From Vicugna vicugna (lineage: Eukaryota): DNA of 64,000 nt. The position numbers were made by a program, and so were the translations under genes. This document shows positions 34,851 through 48,495 of this stretch, in pieces. The notes beneath the pieces were generated by a model. It saw nothing but the letters and a program-made list of their open reading frames with translations. It did no database searches and was not told the DNA's origin. The DNA lies in contig MU061579.1 of NCBI GenBank assembly GCA_013265495.1, positions 6,982,124-7,046,123 on the forward strand, written 5' to 3'. Each line of letters starts with the position of its first letter. The stretch's first letter is position 1.

Positions 34851-36759
34851 TCATTATAGAATCACCTACTGGACTTGCCTCAAATCCAGCCTTCTGCAGT
34901 CAGTGAAAAAGCCTTCCCCCACCCAAAATGTGTAAATAAGATGAATTTATATTGGTAATATTTTTTTCCAGATTCATAATTTATTATACAAATTGAGTAT
35001 CACATGATGAGCTGACACTAGCTTCTTAAGGCATGGAAACTTAACAGGTGAGGTACAGTTTAGAATCTGTTTATGTTGCTTTCACAGCTGGAGTTTTTTT
35101 AGACCTTAACTTGAAGTATAAGACTAACAAAGCAACGCTTCGGTACGCAGCTGGAACACAGTTCGCTCTCCCTGTGAGAGTGTAAGAGTTGAAATATTTT
35201 TTGATGCCAGTGATATGAAATTGGGCATCAGTTTCTGGACCTGCCATGCTTTCAGTCTTCCAAAAGACACCAACTCTGTAGCCTGTGTCCTTCAACGTAC
35301 GCAGCCACTCCTCGGCCCAGCTGGAAGAAGCCAGTGATATTTTAATATAGAAAAATCTGTTTTATCCAACCAAGGAGGAATATTAGGTTCATATTAGGTT
35401 CATATGACTTTAGGGAAAATTCTCTATGAATCAGCTTTTTTGACAGACAAAATAATTTCTAAAAGATAGCACTTACGATCTCTTTAATGTGTTTGCTTAA
35501 TTGTTTAATTCTGTGTGCTTGTATGTCACGTAAGAGTTCTTAATGACCCTGAAAGTCATTAAGTTTTAGTTCTGTATTATAATCACAGTGGTCAATGTTT
35601 TAATCAATTACAAATGTAGAATTTTATTGTTGCCATAGCTTTTTGAAATCCTTATCTTCCTGAGTTGAGAGGTATTATATCTTTTTAAAAACCTGGTGTA
35701 CGAGAGTGATTTGACACTTAATAGGATAAGACGCAGCAATATATCAGTCCTAGGATTTTTGTAGTATTCCTAAAGAATTGGAACTTAGATGTTATTTGTG
35801 AGAATCATATGGAAATGGGGGTAGTCAGATAATTTGACCAAGATTTTTGTTGATACCTCAGTGGTATCTGAGGAGTATAAAGTGATCAAGAAAACTGTCA
35901 TCTCTAGGAAGGATATTTAGGATCCATCCTTCTACATGCTCTTGAGTAGGGTTAGGAGATGAAGATTCTGGGGATAACCCCCAAAGCTCTTGGGGCTTAA
36001 GTTTTCTCATTTAAACTAAGAGGCTGGCCCTTGATCAGTTTACTGTACGCCTTCTATGAAATCGAAAGATCATATCAAATATTTAAATTCCTTTAAAAAA
36101 TATCTTGTCAACATTGTCCGGAAGGTCACTAGCATTGAGTTCATCTAAACCGATATAGCCCCTCTAATCCATATCCCAGAGTGTAGCGCCAGCCTCGGGA
36201 CCTCACACCCTGTTTTGAGGGGACTCCCCTCAATTCTTTGGCTCTACCAGTGTCCACTGGACTTCTTTATAAGACAGACCTCCAGGTTCTCCTTCAGCCA
36301 GAGTGGCCCCATGCATCTGATGGCACTGTCACTGCAGCTCATTTACGGGAAACGTCCTCTTAGAATGAATTATATAAAAATGGGGAGTGAAGACAGTTTG
36401 ATTAGAAGGGTAGATTGTGGATGAGGTGCACATACCTCTCTCTGCCCAACACCAGTGAGTATGTGGTGCTCAGGATGCTGTGACACCCCTTGTGGTTGGT
36501 TGTCCCCCAGAACCAAGGCTGCATATCTGGGTCTTTGCAGCCAGGCACTCTCCTTGTATCCCTTCAAAGACTAGAGACCTGTGGTTGCGGGTATCAGAGA
36601 GGCTTATGGGTGGAGATGCTAGGAGCTTGTTTGTCTTCAGAGATGACACTCTCAGTTATTGTTTTACCAGTGAGGTGCCTCTCTCAGCCAACTCCACAGT
36701 AAGACTTTTTTTCCCCCCATATCTAATGATAGGCAAGACTGATTTAAGAAAAAAAAATC

Positions 36760-36950
36760 TTGAAACTGTGTGTGATCCTGGAAACCATCTCAGATACCAT
36801 ATAACTTAACAATCCTTCACATACCACCTCCCACCCATAATACAGTCATTTTACTAGTAAGGAACAGAAACCTAGTCAAGCAACAGTCATTATTGGCAGA
36901 ACTTGAGTTTAGTCATGGGTCTCCCTTCCTGGCCAACGTTATAGCACACT
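36760..36950 (-). mobile_element. MIR3-like fragment
   Basis: tcattttactagtaaggaacagaaacctag...tggcagaacttgag...ggtctcccttcctggcc. Confidence 0.45.
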
Positions 36951-38324
36951 ATGTACTAGGGAATTAGACTTTTTATTTTTAGGGTTCTTTTTTAAACGAT
37001 CTCTGGTACGTGTTCTCTGTAATTCAGCAACATTTGGTTATTTTTCCAAATCTCTGAAATCATTAGGAAAAAAAAATAGGGTTGCTAAAACAGATTTGTA
37101 AATAATTATCCTAAACGTTTCTCCTATTTTTGAAATATTATTCAATTGGCTAATCTCTAAGACCTTCTTGTAATGTACAATATAATAATATATTTATAGT
37201 AACATGAAAGAGATAAATAAGACCATTCTGATTTATAATTTTTATAAGTACCCAAGAATCAAATGAAAAACATACTTTGGCATTTTCACAAATTCATATT
37301 TATTATATTAATTGATTGCTATCCATATGATGGATGTTATTTCCTAACATTTAATTTTCTTTGAGAAACTGTATATGTTTTGGTTTCACTTGGACTGGAT
37401 AGTCTTTTCTAAATAATCTTTAAGTAACAATATATTTTTACTTTGTTTAGGATACTAACATGTATCTATATATTTTATCTTCATGTCATTCTGTTGAAAA
37501 TTTTATACAGATGTTTTAGTAAACTGTTTTTTTCCATCAAAAATGTTATATGCAGAAAATTCTCTCCTCCTTAATGCTCAGAATATAGGGTATTCTCTAA
37601 CTGTCACTGCTTATTCCATCAAGTGATAGCAATTTTTAAAAATTACTTTATCAAACTTATGCTGGACGGAATTCCACTGATATTTTTGAAGACTCATCAG
37701 ATATAGGTGAAGACTTTGAAGCAGCTTCTTGTTAGAATCATGACATCAACTGGCCCTAGTCCATATGTGTGCAGGAGAGTCATTTAAAGCTATTGCCAAT
37801 AGAAATCTACAGAGAGCAATTCTCTGTATTTATTTGACTGGACAATAGGATATAGCATGACAGTATCATTTAATACATAATGGTTATTTTCAAATACAAT
37901 TTTTTTGCCATCTGTAAAAAAAAAAATTTACTTTCGAGTATGATTGGTAAGTTCACCATTTTTATGTGGTGGCGTGTTTTATCTAGCAACAGCTTTAAGA
38001 ACTTTAGCAATTTTGTTGACTATAACAGCAGTGATAATGAAATCCCCACGATATCCTAATGTTGAAATACCACCCAAATGACACATGTGCTTGTTGGGTC
38101 AGGATTCCCCCACTGTCAGAGTTGGAGAAGTACAGTAACTTTTTTCCTGCCGTGTTACTGTACTGTGGACAGGCCCTTGCATTCTGGAACATGAAAGTAG
38201 CGTCATAGGATACTCACTTAGATATTAGTGCGTTTCGGTTCACATCAAACTGAGCAAGTGCAAAGACAATTACATAGGGTAGAAAGGGTAAGAATTAGAA
38301 TCAGTGTTGTGGGGCAGTAGAAAC

Positions 38325-38530
38325 AAGGTGTGTAGCCCAGGATTAAACCATGCCTTGACCAGGAGGACCACTTGTGTGCACTTGGGCAAGTTTCCTATCA
38401 ACTTTGAGTCTCCTCATGTATGAAATTGAGATCATGACACCTGTTTCACATGATTATTGTGAGGTTTAGTGAAAGTGTGTGTCACATGACCTGAGCAGTT
38501 ACTGAGATGGTCTTAGTAAATGGTAGTTGA
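38325..38530 (+). mobile_element. MIR SINE
   Basis: cttgggcaagtt..gagtctcctcatgtatgaaattgagatcatgacacctgtttcacatgattattgtgagg. Confidence 0.7.
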
Positions 38531-40439
38531 ATATGAATCTTTGGTCCTTGTCTTCTCACAAAGCTTAACTTGGTTTTAATGACACTGAAAGAAAAAAGTC
38601 AGTATAAAGAAGATAGGGTATTTTCTAGTGTGAAATGTCATATGTGGATCTTTTATGTCAACAGGATTAAAGCCAGTGCAAGGAAAATCAATTTCACACA
38701 TTAGCCTTCTGCAAATGCCTCCTGTTCCAGCATCCCTCTGGCCCAGTATCACTTAACCCTGAGGTGAAAATGAATATAGCAAGAGGGAGAAACAGTTGTT
38801 AAACTTATCACAATAGCCAAGCTATCAAATTAAACATGTTATTTATAGTGTTTCTAATTTTCACCCTAATTTATATATTAATTTTTCAAGCTAGCATGTG
38901 CAGAAATTTAATCAGCAACCCCTTATTTCCATGGAGGTTTATTGGTTATACTCTGGGAGAGAATTCGGGCATCAGAATCTATTCTGCCTCCGCTGGCAGA
39001 GTCCATCTGCACAGTAGCAGCGTTTGTAGAAAAGTAGAAATTGCTGTGAGCTGCCTATTTGCATTTGTTACACAATGCTGAACAATAGAACTGAATTAGT
39101 GGTTGGTTTTCATGGGATTAACTGAACCCAGTTGTTTTAGGAACATAAAAGATTGGGCATGATTGTACTGGATGACTCATTTGTTTTTTAAATAAAACTG
39201 AGCTCTAGAAAAAAAGACTTTATTAATTTCTGATGAATTATTAGTTATTTTTATATTTTGTTTATGTTAATTCCACATATGGTTTACATCACAGTTTCAG
39301 CTTTGCCTTACTTTCTTTTTAACCTCTGAGGTTTCCAGTGACTTTTTAGGATGAATCTCTTAACCTGAATACCTAAGTACTGATGGATTTGGGGACAGAT
39401 CCAACATGGTTCCATTATTCCAATTTTACCACCCCAGTTAATATAATCTAGCTTTGAATGCTATAAATTGGCAGTTTCCACATAACGTCTGTGTTTTTTC
39501 ATGAGTCATCTCAGCGGTTCTTGTTTATGCTTATACCACTTACTTGCACAGAAGCACCATTTTTCAAAAATCAGCAATTTACTATTTATGAAATTAATAC
39601 TTTGACTTGATTTAATTCATTTATTTCAGAAATTGCAATAGTAGTAATGTTTCCTGGGTAAATAAGGTCATTTCATCCATTTTCCCCGAAATGTTATTTT
39701 GTTTGAAGAAATAAGACTTCTGTAAATAAATCTATTAAGAAAGTTTACTCAGGAGATACGTTATTATTTTGATAATTTCATTTTTCTTTCATTTTTTCCT
39801 CCCTTCCCTCTTAGGGCATTCCAGAAAACCTTGTATAGTCTGAGGTTAATTGATATCATTGGTATTCCCACTATAGTTTATCAGCTTTTTTTCTTTAATT
39901 ATAAAATTTTTGATTCTGAAAGATTTTAGACATGCAGAAAATGTACCATCCAGATTTAACCAGATTTGCGATATAGGCCTCAGATTCTTTTTAAACAGGT
40001 ATTTCTTCAGTAAGAATCCTGACCACTGCTCTTGCCCCCTTCCCTCAAGGGAGCAGAGCATGAGTTTGTATCTGGTGTAGTTACGTCTTAAAAGATTGAA
40101 AGATACAGGTGTTCTATATACTGTATATGATATATTCTAAAAGAGCAGGTTATAACATGAGTTAAGAAAATCAAAGACTCTGATTTCTTTCTCCTTTGGA
40201 AGGCATGTTATTTCCCCACCATGAACTAAAAGTGGTCTCAGCTCAAGGTGCTCTTATCCTAAATGGATTGCCAGTCCTTTCCAGTTCCCAGTGCCTTGAT
40301 CCATTTTATGTCTGCATATGATGTTATTCCCTTCAAAGGATAGTTTTGGGCCTGAGATAGGAAAAGAACTGCCACTTTGTCTCCTGCCAGCTCCCTCCCC
40401 TCCACCATCACCTTTCCTCCCCGCTTTGCAGGAATCCCC

Positions 40440-40566
40440 TTGAAATCATAATGAAAATATGAGATTCCAAGAGGACCCAGACTTTTATCTATTTTTAGTG
40501 CGTCTTAAACAGTTTCTGATATAAACTAGGAATTCCATAAATGTTTATTGAATGAATGAATGAGTC
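40440..40566 (+). mobile_element. L2 3' end
   Basis: ataaatgtttattgaatgaatgaatgag tail. Confidence 0.7.
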
Positions 40567-40764
40567 AGTTAGCCACAGATAATAAGAACTTTTCCCATTT
40601 CCTGAGATTTTTAGAAATTCTTCATTACTCTATGTAACCTTTCATCCGTGATCTTAATGTCTGACTTTGCATAGCCAGAGGATTCCCGGGAGGCAACTCC
40701 ATACTTAACTTTTGGGTGCTAATATACCTGCATCTAAACAGGCCAACCAACCATCTTTCCCCAA

Positions 40765-41225
40765 AATTTTTTAATGGAAATTTTCAAACATATATGAATG
40801 TTAAGAAAATTATATGGTAAACGATCATACCTACCACTTAGATTCTATAGTTAATGTTTTACATATTTGCTTCATTATATATTTCTCCATCACTTTTTTA
40901 TTATATGCATTTCAAAGTAAATTGCAGTCATTAGTACACTTCACCCTTAACATACGTCATGAGTATCATTAGAGTTCAATTCTTGTTGACAGATATTTCG
41001 TTTGCTTTCTGAGGTAAAATTTATGTGTGGTGAAATGTACACATCCTAAGTGCATTATTTGATGAGTTTTGACAAATGCCTGCATCAATATGGAATAAAG
41101 CTTTAACTAAATAGAGCACATTTTCGTTCCCTGAAAGTTCCCTCAAGTCCCTTCCCAGTCAGTCTCCATCCCCACCCCCAGAGGCAACCACGGTTCTGAT
41201 TTTTTCCACCATAGATTAGTTTCAA
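40765..41225 (-). mobile_element. Old L1 3'UTR (L1ME-like)
   Basis: aattttcaaacata..., gcatttcaaagtaaattgcag..., ccagaggcaaccacggttctgattttttccaccatagattagttt. Confidence 0.8.
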
Positions 41226-41639
41226 GCAACCAACTATTAGCAAATGCTTTTTTCCTGTTTAAAAAGAAAAAGAAAAAAAGCATTGGTTGGCTCTGGTCAC
41301 ATGCATAAGTACCCTGCCTGAAGGCTGAATGAGCAATCCATTTTCACATCTGTGTAATTTTCTGATGCTGTAATTTCTGTCTCTCTTCTGATGATTCACT
41401 TGCCCTTCTCCCTAATAATTTAAGCACCTTCTAATTCCTTTCTCATGGTTACAGGTACTAAGGGAAGAAGAAGCTGTCCTTAGAAAATTAGAGAAGCACG
41501 CCGTTTCAGAAATCAATTCAGCCAGCATTTCCTAAGGGCTTACTTTGTCCCAGGTACCGGGCTACACATAGAGGATGTTCAGATGAATAAAACATGGGCA
41601 AGTCAAAGCACAGGAGATGCACATATAAGCCAGTAACTT

Positions 41640-42620
41640 CCAGGCATTTGTTTGCTCTGTTCAGAAAATGGTTACTGAGCCTCTCCTATGTGCCAGGCAG
41701 TGGGGATGTTACCAAATCCAAACTTGTTCTGCTTGCACAACAGGCCAATAAATTGGGAGATGAAGTGTTGGGGCAAGGAATAGCGACTTTATTCAGAAAG
41801 CCAGCAGACCAAGAAGGTGGCAGACTGATGTCCTAGAGAACCATCTTCCCCAAGTCAGAACTCAGGCTTCTTTTGTACTAAAAAAGGCAGAGTGTGCTTG
41901 TTATTAACTTCTTGGTGTTGGAATCCCTTGTTCTTGCAGCTGTCCATGTGGGTCAGGTCATGGTGTCCCTGTAAACCTCCAACAAAACAAATGTCATTTC
42001 CTATTATGCAGCTTTTTATCTTTATGTGATTTCAAAACTGTTAATACCCTTAAAAGAGCCTTGAGAAGAGGCTCTCCTGAGTATTTCAGGCTACAGGCAA
42101 CATTCTTTTACAAAGGGTGCAGAACCAGCCCAGGAAACAGAGCACAGGGTTAAAGCCAAAGGAACAGATTTAATACAGAGTCAGATTTGTTCTTTTTATT
42201 ACAAGGAAACAGCCCTGAATAACACAAACATAGTTCCTGCCCTCAGGGGCTTCAGCTTAGAGTTGGAGGCAAGGCTTTGTAACTTTAAGTGTGCCGAGTA
42301 TTTCAAATCAGAAGTGCAGAGTGGTACAGGAGTGTCTAGCAAGCAGGTGGAACTTGGGCCATTCTGGGCGGATGCAGGTGGTCAGAAAAGGCTTCCTGGA
42401 AGACATTGCCTTCAGCTGATATCTCAAGGACAAGCAGGAGTAAACCAGGATCAAGGGGGTGCCCAGGAGTTCGGCTACAGACATGTGGAAATGGCAGGAG
42501 GTAGCATGCGGCTGGTTGGAAAATGGAAATAGGGCATAGAGAGCAAGAAGGAAAGTGCTAAGAAGTGAAGCCTGGAGAAGGAGATGGGGTAAATTCAGAA
42601 GATTCTTGCAACATTTATCA
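41640..42620 (-). mobile_element. L2 3' portion, split by an ERV LTR
   Basis: actgagcctctcctatgtgccaggcagtgggga|LTR|aacagccctgaataacacaaacatagttcctgccctcagggg reads continuously as L2 once the LTR is removed. Confidence 0.75.
41707..42203 (-). mobile_element. ERV1-type solo LTR (497 bp)
   Basis: TGTTAC...TTACA ends; approximate 4-bp TSD GGGA/AGGA; ctttattcag is AATAAA on the minus strand. Confidence 0.8.
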
Positions 42621-45589
42621 GAAAAAGAGTATTTGACATGCTGATTTCGTCATCTTCTTCATTCTTCACACCTCAGATAAATTGATTCAAATTGGATTCG
42701 CTTTGTATCCTCTTGAATTGGCTACACTGTTGTTTCAGAAAGAAGTAATTGTAAGAGGAAGAGTTAAAGAGCCCTAGAGTCAAGAAATGATATGACAAAG
42801 TCTTGATTTAGTCAACTTCTGGAACCCTGAGAGGAAATCTGAAAGGGAGTGCAGGGGTTCTTTGCCCAAAGGCCTGAGTTTCCCCATCTACTTCAGAGGC
42901 CTGAGATCAGCCCAGCGTGCGCTGCCGGGATGAGCAGACTCCTGAGCAGGCCTTCCCCGGTCCTTAGTTCAGCAATTTAAAAAGAACTAAATGTGGGCTG
43001 AGTTCTCACCGTCTTATCATTTTGATTTTTTTTGCATTATTTAATGCTTTGTAATAAAATTATTGAAATGCATAACTAATAGTCCAATCTAAGGAGTACT
43101 GTGAGAAATTTTAAAACTATGTTAAATGCAACATTGTGTTCATCCCAGATAGGATTATATAGGGAAAAAAAAAGATTCAGCTGCTGCATTGAATTGCATG
43201 CTATTGCTGATAAAAGCTCCATTACCTTTTTGTAAATTCAATTTTAATTACATCAGTGTTGTGGGCTCCATGCAGATATTTACTTTTTGTATAATGGATT
43301 TTTTAAGGGAAAATGTTCCATGAAAGCAGTAATTGTTGAATATTTCATTTGAAAGCAAATGCTTAAAGTATTTTTACAACATTCAACATGGATACTTTGG
43401 GAAAAGTAAAGTAAAAACATCCTTTAAAGGATTAAAAGGAAACTTTTACAACCTTTAGCTATGGGTAGTATTTAGAATTTCACACTGATAATTATATTAT
43501 TGATAAATGCATTAGAGTGAGGGATAACACTACTAAAACTTTGTTTTGCTGTTTTTTCTGTGTGAAACTGTATTAATGTTTGAGAAAGTATATTAATGAT
43601 GAGATCAGATGAATACATCCATAAGTACTTAATGATCGAGACATTTAAATGTATCTCATAACATTAAAATTAAGGTACCATCTATCATATACCTTTGGTA
43701 TATAGGTAACACATCAAACTCTTTGCTGGAATTGTCATTTCTTGAAGATATGGGAAAATTGAGTACGAGCTGCTGACTCCTTAGACACTGAAGCACCTCT
43801 AACTGAAGATCAGTTTGACTGGGTTAATTATCTTAACAGGATCACACAGCATTAGGTTTAAAATATGTGTATATGTGTATATGTATATGTATTTTTGTAA
43901 AAACCAGACTTAATAATTCTGAAATATTTCAAAGGAGAAGTCATCACATGTATTCTCCCCTCAGCCCCACCCATGCGGTGTGTTCCTTGAGAAAATGCAT
44001 TGTTAGTGCAAATTCTCAAATGCTGCAAAGATCCATGCAGAGAACTGGGGCCAGTGACTTTCCACCTCCTGCCCCCAACTCCTATCCAAACTGGTATTAA
44101 GACACTGAGGTTTCCTGTCAAACATGAAGATCCAAACTGCGTTCTCTAAACTGTCAATGCCTGTTAAACACAGATTAAGTCTATTTCTGAAAATGTTTTT
44201 TCAAATGATCAGTTGATACTGGTCAGTATCCAATGAGTCATCAGTAGGCTAGCATGGGGACTAAAGTGAGCACTGACACTTCCAACAAAACAGGTTTGTT
44301 TGAACAGGTCAATATTTTTTCCTCAACTTCCATGTGGAATCAGTCAAAATCAATCTCTCTCCCTCTGAAACCATAAAAATATTATTTTTAACTTTTAAAC
44401 ACCACATACTTTTGATTTAGAGGTATTTGTATCAGTGTTTGTCTGCGTATTAGCTGTTACACCACATAACGGCGGGGATGGGGCAGGTTTCTCTTATCTT
44501 CCATACCTCGAGGATGGTGCTTTGCACATGAGAAGGGTGCTATGAATATTTGCTGATAACTTAATTCATTATCAGTATCTAGCAAATCCACGTTTGTCCC
44601 TAAAAGCAGTCATTATGGGAACCCTTTTGATATCTGTTTGATGTCTTTATGGGGAATCTTTTTTGAAATAAAAATGTCAACTTAAATATAATCTTCCAAT
44701 CTGCTGATTGTTAATGAACATCAAATATGACATACGAATGTTTGTCACTTTCATATTTCATATGTTGCCCAAATGGATTAATTACCTTCCTCTCTAGCTG
44801 TGTATCATACCTTATATTAACTCTCTTTAAAGTGCATGTCTCTTATATGTTTGTACATTTAGTTTATTTTATAACCAGATGGTGGATTGTATGTTTATTT
44901 GGAGGATTGTGTCGATAGCGTGTAGTAAGAGAAATTTATATGAAAAATGAATATTTGCTTTTATTAATGGTGTTAAGGATTTAAAGTACTTTCTTATTAA
45001 CATGGAAGAAACCTTCATTTATTGTTGTTCCTACCAGTTCTTGCAGACCATGTGTTATCGGTTAGTACTTGACAAATGTTAAGGCTGGGACACTGCATTT
45101 AAAAGAAAACAAGATGATTCTGACACCAGAAAACCAAAGGAGGCGTGTCCATGAATATTTGAAACTAATCCAAAGCACAGTGAAAGGGTTATCAGTAAAT
45201 GCCAGAAGGCAACTCAGGAGTGTTCCACAGGTCACAGGAGGTCTCTCCTCCCCCACATACCCCCACGGAGGGAAGGTTTTCTGCATCGTCAAGTGAGGGA
45301 AAGTAATGGGAGTGGAACCTCAGAGCTGATGCAGTAAGATAGGTGTGAGAGCTTCCAGTTTTGTTGGTGTAATGTACAATCTACTATTCCCATGGCTTCC
45401 ACACACCAGTGAAAGAGTACATATACAACAGTTTGGGAATGAGAATTATACTCTTGACAGTTTTAACTTTAGCATACCACTAATAAGCAGTTGATGCTAA
45501 GCTATTTCAGAGAAATCCTTGGTACCAAAGACCACTATCTAGTATAGAACTCTCAGGACTCTGCTTTAAAAAAAAAAAAAAACCTCCCA

Positions 45590-46250
45590 TTTCTTAAAAA
45601 ACTAGAAATAGACTTACCCTATGATCAAGCAATCCCACTCGTGGACATGTATATGGAGGAAACTCTATTTTGAAAAGACACATGCACCCCAGCATTCATA
45701 ACAGCACTATTTACAACAGATGATTAGATAAAGAAGATGTAGTGTATATACACAATGGAATACTACTCAGCTGTTAAAAAAGAATAAAATAATGCCATTT
45801 GCAGCAATATGGATGGACCTAAAGATTATCATATGAAGTAAGCCATAAAGAGAAAGAAAAATATGATATTACTTATATATGGAATCTTTAAAAAATGACA
45901 GGAATGAACTTATTTAAAAACAGAAATAGACTCACAGGCATAGAAAACAAACTTACGGTTACCAGGTGAGAAAGGGAGGTGGAGGCATAAAATGGGAATT
46001 TGGGATTTGCAGATACTAACTACTACATACAAAATAGATAAATAGCAAGATCTTATTGTATAGTGCAGGGAACTATATGCAATACCTTGTAATAGCCTAT
46101 AATGAAAAAGAACAGGAGAAGGAATATATATATATATATATGTATAAATGAATCACTACGTTGTACACCAGAAACTAACCCAACATTGTAAATTGACTAT
46201 ACTTCAATTAGAAAAAAATAAAAATAAAAATTTTAAGAAAATATAAAAAT
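45590..46250 (+). mobile_element. Artiodactyl-type L1 3' end with A-rich tail
   Basis: aactagaaatagacttaccctatgatc..agcaatcccact..., gccatttgcagcaatatggatggacct..., gtacaccagaaactaac..acattgtaaattgactatacttcaatt plus A-tail. Confidence 0.9.
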
Positions 46251-46669
46251 AAGCCTTACACCCTCAAGCCCCAGGTACTCATTTTCTGCTCTGTAGAACT
46301 CATTTTGTGCTGATTATCCATAAGGAGCAGCTAAGAAGGGTGGTTCTGTTTTGGCTTCATCCCAGCACAGTCACAGAGTGTCTCATATTGGCGTTGTAAG
46401 AAATTACTTACATTCAGCAAGAGAACACCATCACCTATGTGTGAGAGCCAGATCTACTCCCACTTTGGTAATAGTCAGGGACTGATTTTTTTTCTTGTTT
46501 GTAACTGTTTCCTCCCTTTGTATAATGTAAGCATCCCTACTGAGGTAGGTAGATGGGTAGAGAGATGGGTGGGTGGCTGGGTGCATGAAAGTACAGATGG
46601 ATGGGAAAGGAGGGAGCTCTTCCTCACATTAGAAATTTAATTATAAATGTACAATATGATGGAAATAGA

Positions 46670-46850
46670 AAATTGTTATTTGCCAAGTGGTAATAATTTA
46701 TTGAGGCAAGGATCTTCAATAGATTAAGTAGTGGGTGAAAGGTTGAGAAACAGTAGGACATTATATCATCTCAGAGGATTCCCCTACAAGATGCCTATCA
46801 ATTACAAAAGAAACATAGCTATTTTATCAGGCAGAAAAGTTTTTAATCAC
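46670..46850 (+). mobile_element. Old L1 (L1MC-like) 3'UTR fragment
   Basis: gaggcaaggatcttcaatagatt..agtgggtgaaaggttga...tcccctacaagat..atcaattacaaaag. Confidence 0.55.
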
Positions 46851-47219
46851 TCCAGTGTGATGGTGATGGTGGAACCAGCTTTTACTGAGATGTTACTATG
46901 TGAGAAGTACTTTATGTATGTTGACTTAATCTCAATGAGGCAGGTAGTATGGATATTCTCTGAGGTTTTTAAATGTTTAGGATCTCACCCTGGGACATGC
47001 ATTTTATGTTTAACCAAGCCGCTATTAAACCCCAGGATTCCTCTTGACAGCTGTATTCTGCCAACTCTTTCTCCTGTATATAATCTGTCACTCAGTTTCC
47101 TTTTAAATGTCTCTTTGCACCCTTTATTTTCTTGCTGTAATCAAGATCTAAGCTCTATTTACCACGTGTATGGATTACTGCAGCTATTTCCAGGCAAGCC
47201 TCCCTATTCCAGTTTCTTT

Positions 47220-47422
47220 TTTTTTTATTGAAGTATAGTCAATTTACAATGTTGTGTTAATTTCTGGTGTACAGCATAATGATTCATTTATACACATATA
47301 TATATATTCCCTTTCATACTCTTTCATTATAGGCCATTACAAGATATTGAATATAGTTCCCTGTGCTATACAGTAGGACCTTGTTATTTATTTTATATAT
47401 AGTAGTCAGTATCTGCAAATCC
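47220..47422 (-). mobile_element. Short artiodactyl-type L1 3' tail
   Basis: ttttttattgaagtatagtcaatttacaatgttgtg...tagttccctgtgctatacagtaggacc; TSD tttcttt (47213-19 / 47423-29). Confidence 0.9.
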
Positions 47423-47429
47423 TTTCTTT

Positions 47430-48495
47430 GTCATGTCTTCCGTATCGAATGTTTCCCTGTGTACCGTTCCATAAGATCCCCCTTTCTATAATAAGCTCCA
47501 GGTCTTTTCCTCCATCAGGAAAGCTCTCTTTTCTACCCTAGTCTTTTTCTGAATTCTACTCATTTTCAAGTCATAGCTTCCCCCAAATCTTCCCCAACTT
47601 GGGCCTCAAAATTAGTCTTCTGTCTAGAATGTGTTTAATTTAGTATGGAATCATTTTCTGTTTTCTACAGGTACCTTCATCTTGACTCTGTCTGAAGCAA
47701 GCTCCTTTGCGTTGGGGACCATGCGGTATTTCCTTTAGTTTCCCAATAGCTAGCTGAGTGTTGGGTACCTGGTAGAGTCTGGACAAACAGAGGACTGGCT
47801 GACTGATGATTACTCTACACAGACAGGTCAGCCAGGTGCAGGTAGACCCCCGTTAGTAAACAACAGCTGCATTTTGGATGCCATATGAAAATGTTTTTCT
47901 TGTGGACTGAAGTATATGATGAATTGCTGTTCTGTATGTTCCTTCCTCTGTATGTAGTCTTTTCTTTCCCATTTGATTATGAGAAATAATTGCTTACACC
48001 CTCCAAATTCCCAAGACACAGAGGAACCTCAAAAGACTTGTAGCTGATAGACTAGTTATAATACAACCCCTGTTCATTGTACAACAAACTGCACTGCTTA
48101 GTGTTCCTCAGACACAACATGCACTTTTTTAAGACTTCCTCATTTTGCTCATGATGCTACTAGAAGAGATTTCCTCTTTTCTACCTGAGAAAATCTTGTC
48201 CATATTTCAAGTCCTAATTAAATTGTCATCTTCGCTGGTAAACTCTCCCTGCTCATTGGATACAATCAATCATCCCTCTCTCTCTCCTTCAGTAGCATTT
48301 TGCTTATCCCTCTATTCCAGAACTTGCTGTGCATCATTGAATCCCATTCTTAGCTGACTGCTGTCTGGCCCCAAGTTATTGTGAAGGCTGAGGGCAGGGC
48401 TGTGCCTTGTGCATCTTTTATTTTGAAAGAAACCCTTTAGCAGCCGATAAATTTTCATGTGGCAAGCCCTTGTTGAGAACTGTATGTGAATGAAG
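47430..48495 (+). mobile_element. Degraded L2 fragments (two 3' ends, near ~47790 and ~48495)
   Basis: ttctactcattttcaagtcatagc.., gagggcagggctgtgccttgtgcatcttt.., tgtgaatgaa. Confidence 0.55.

Noticed and set aside
35380..35401. Tandem atattaggttc x2 (similar micro-duplications at ~5086-5111 and ~56745-56810)
   Set aside because: Ordinary slippage duplications; no spacer structure, so not CRISPR-like or an array.
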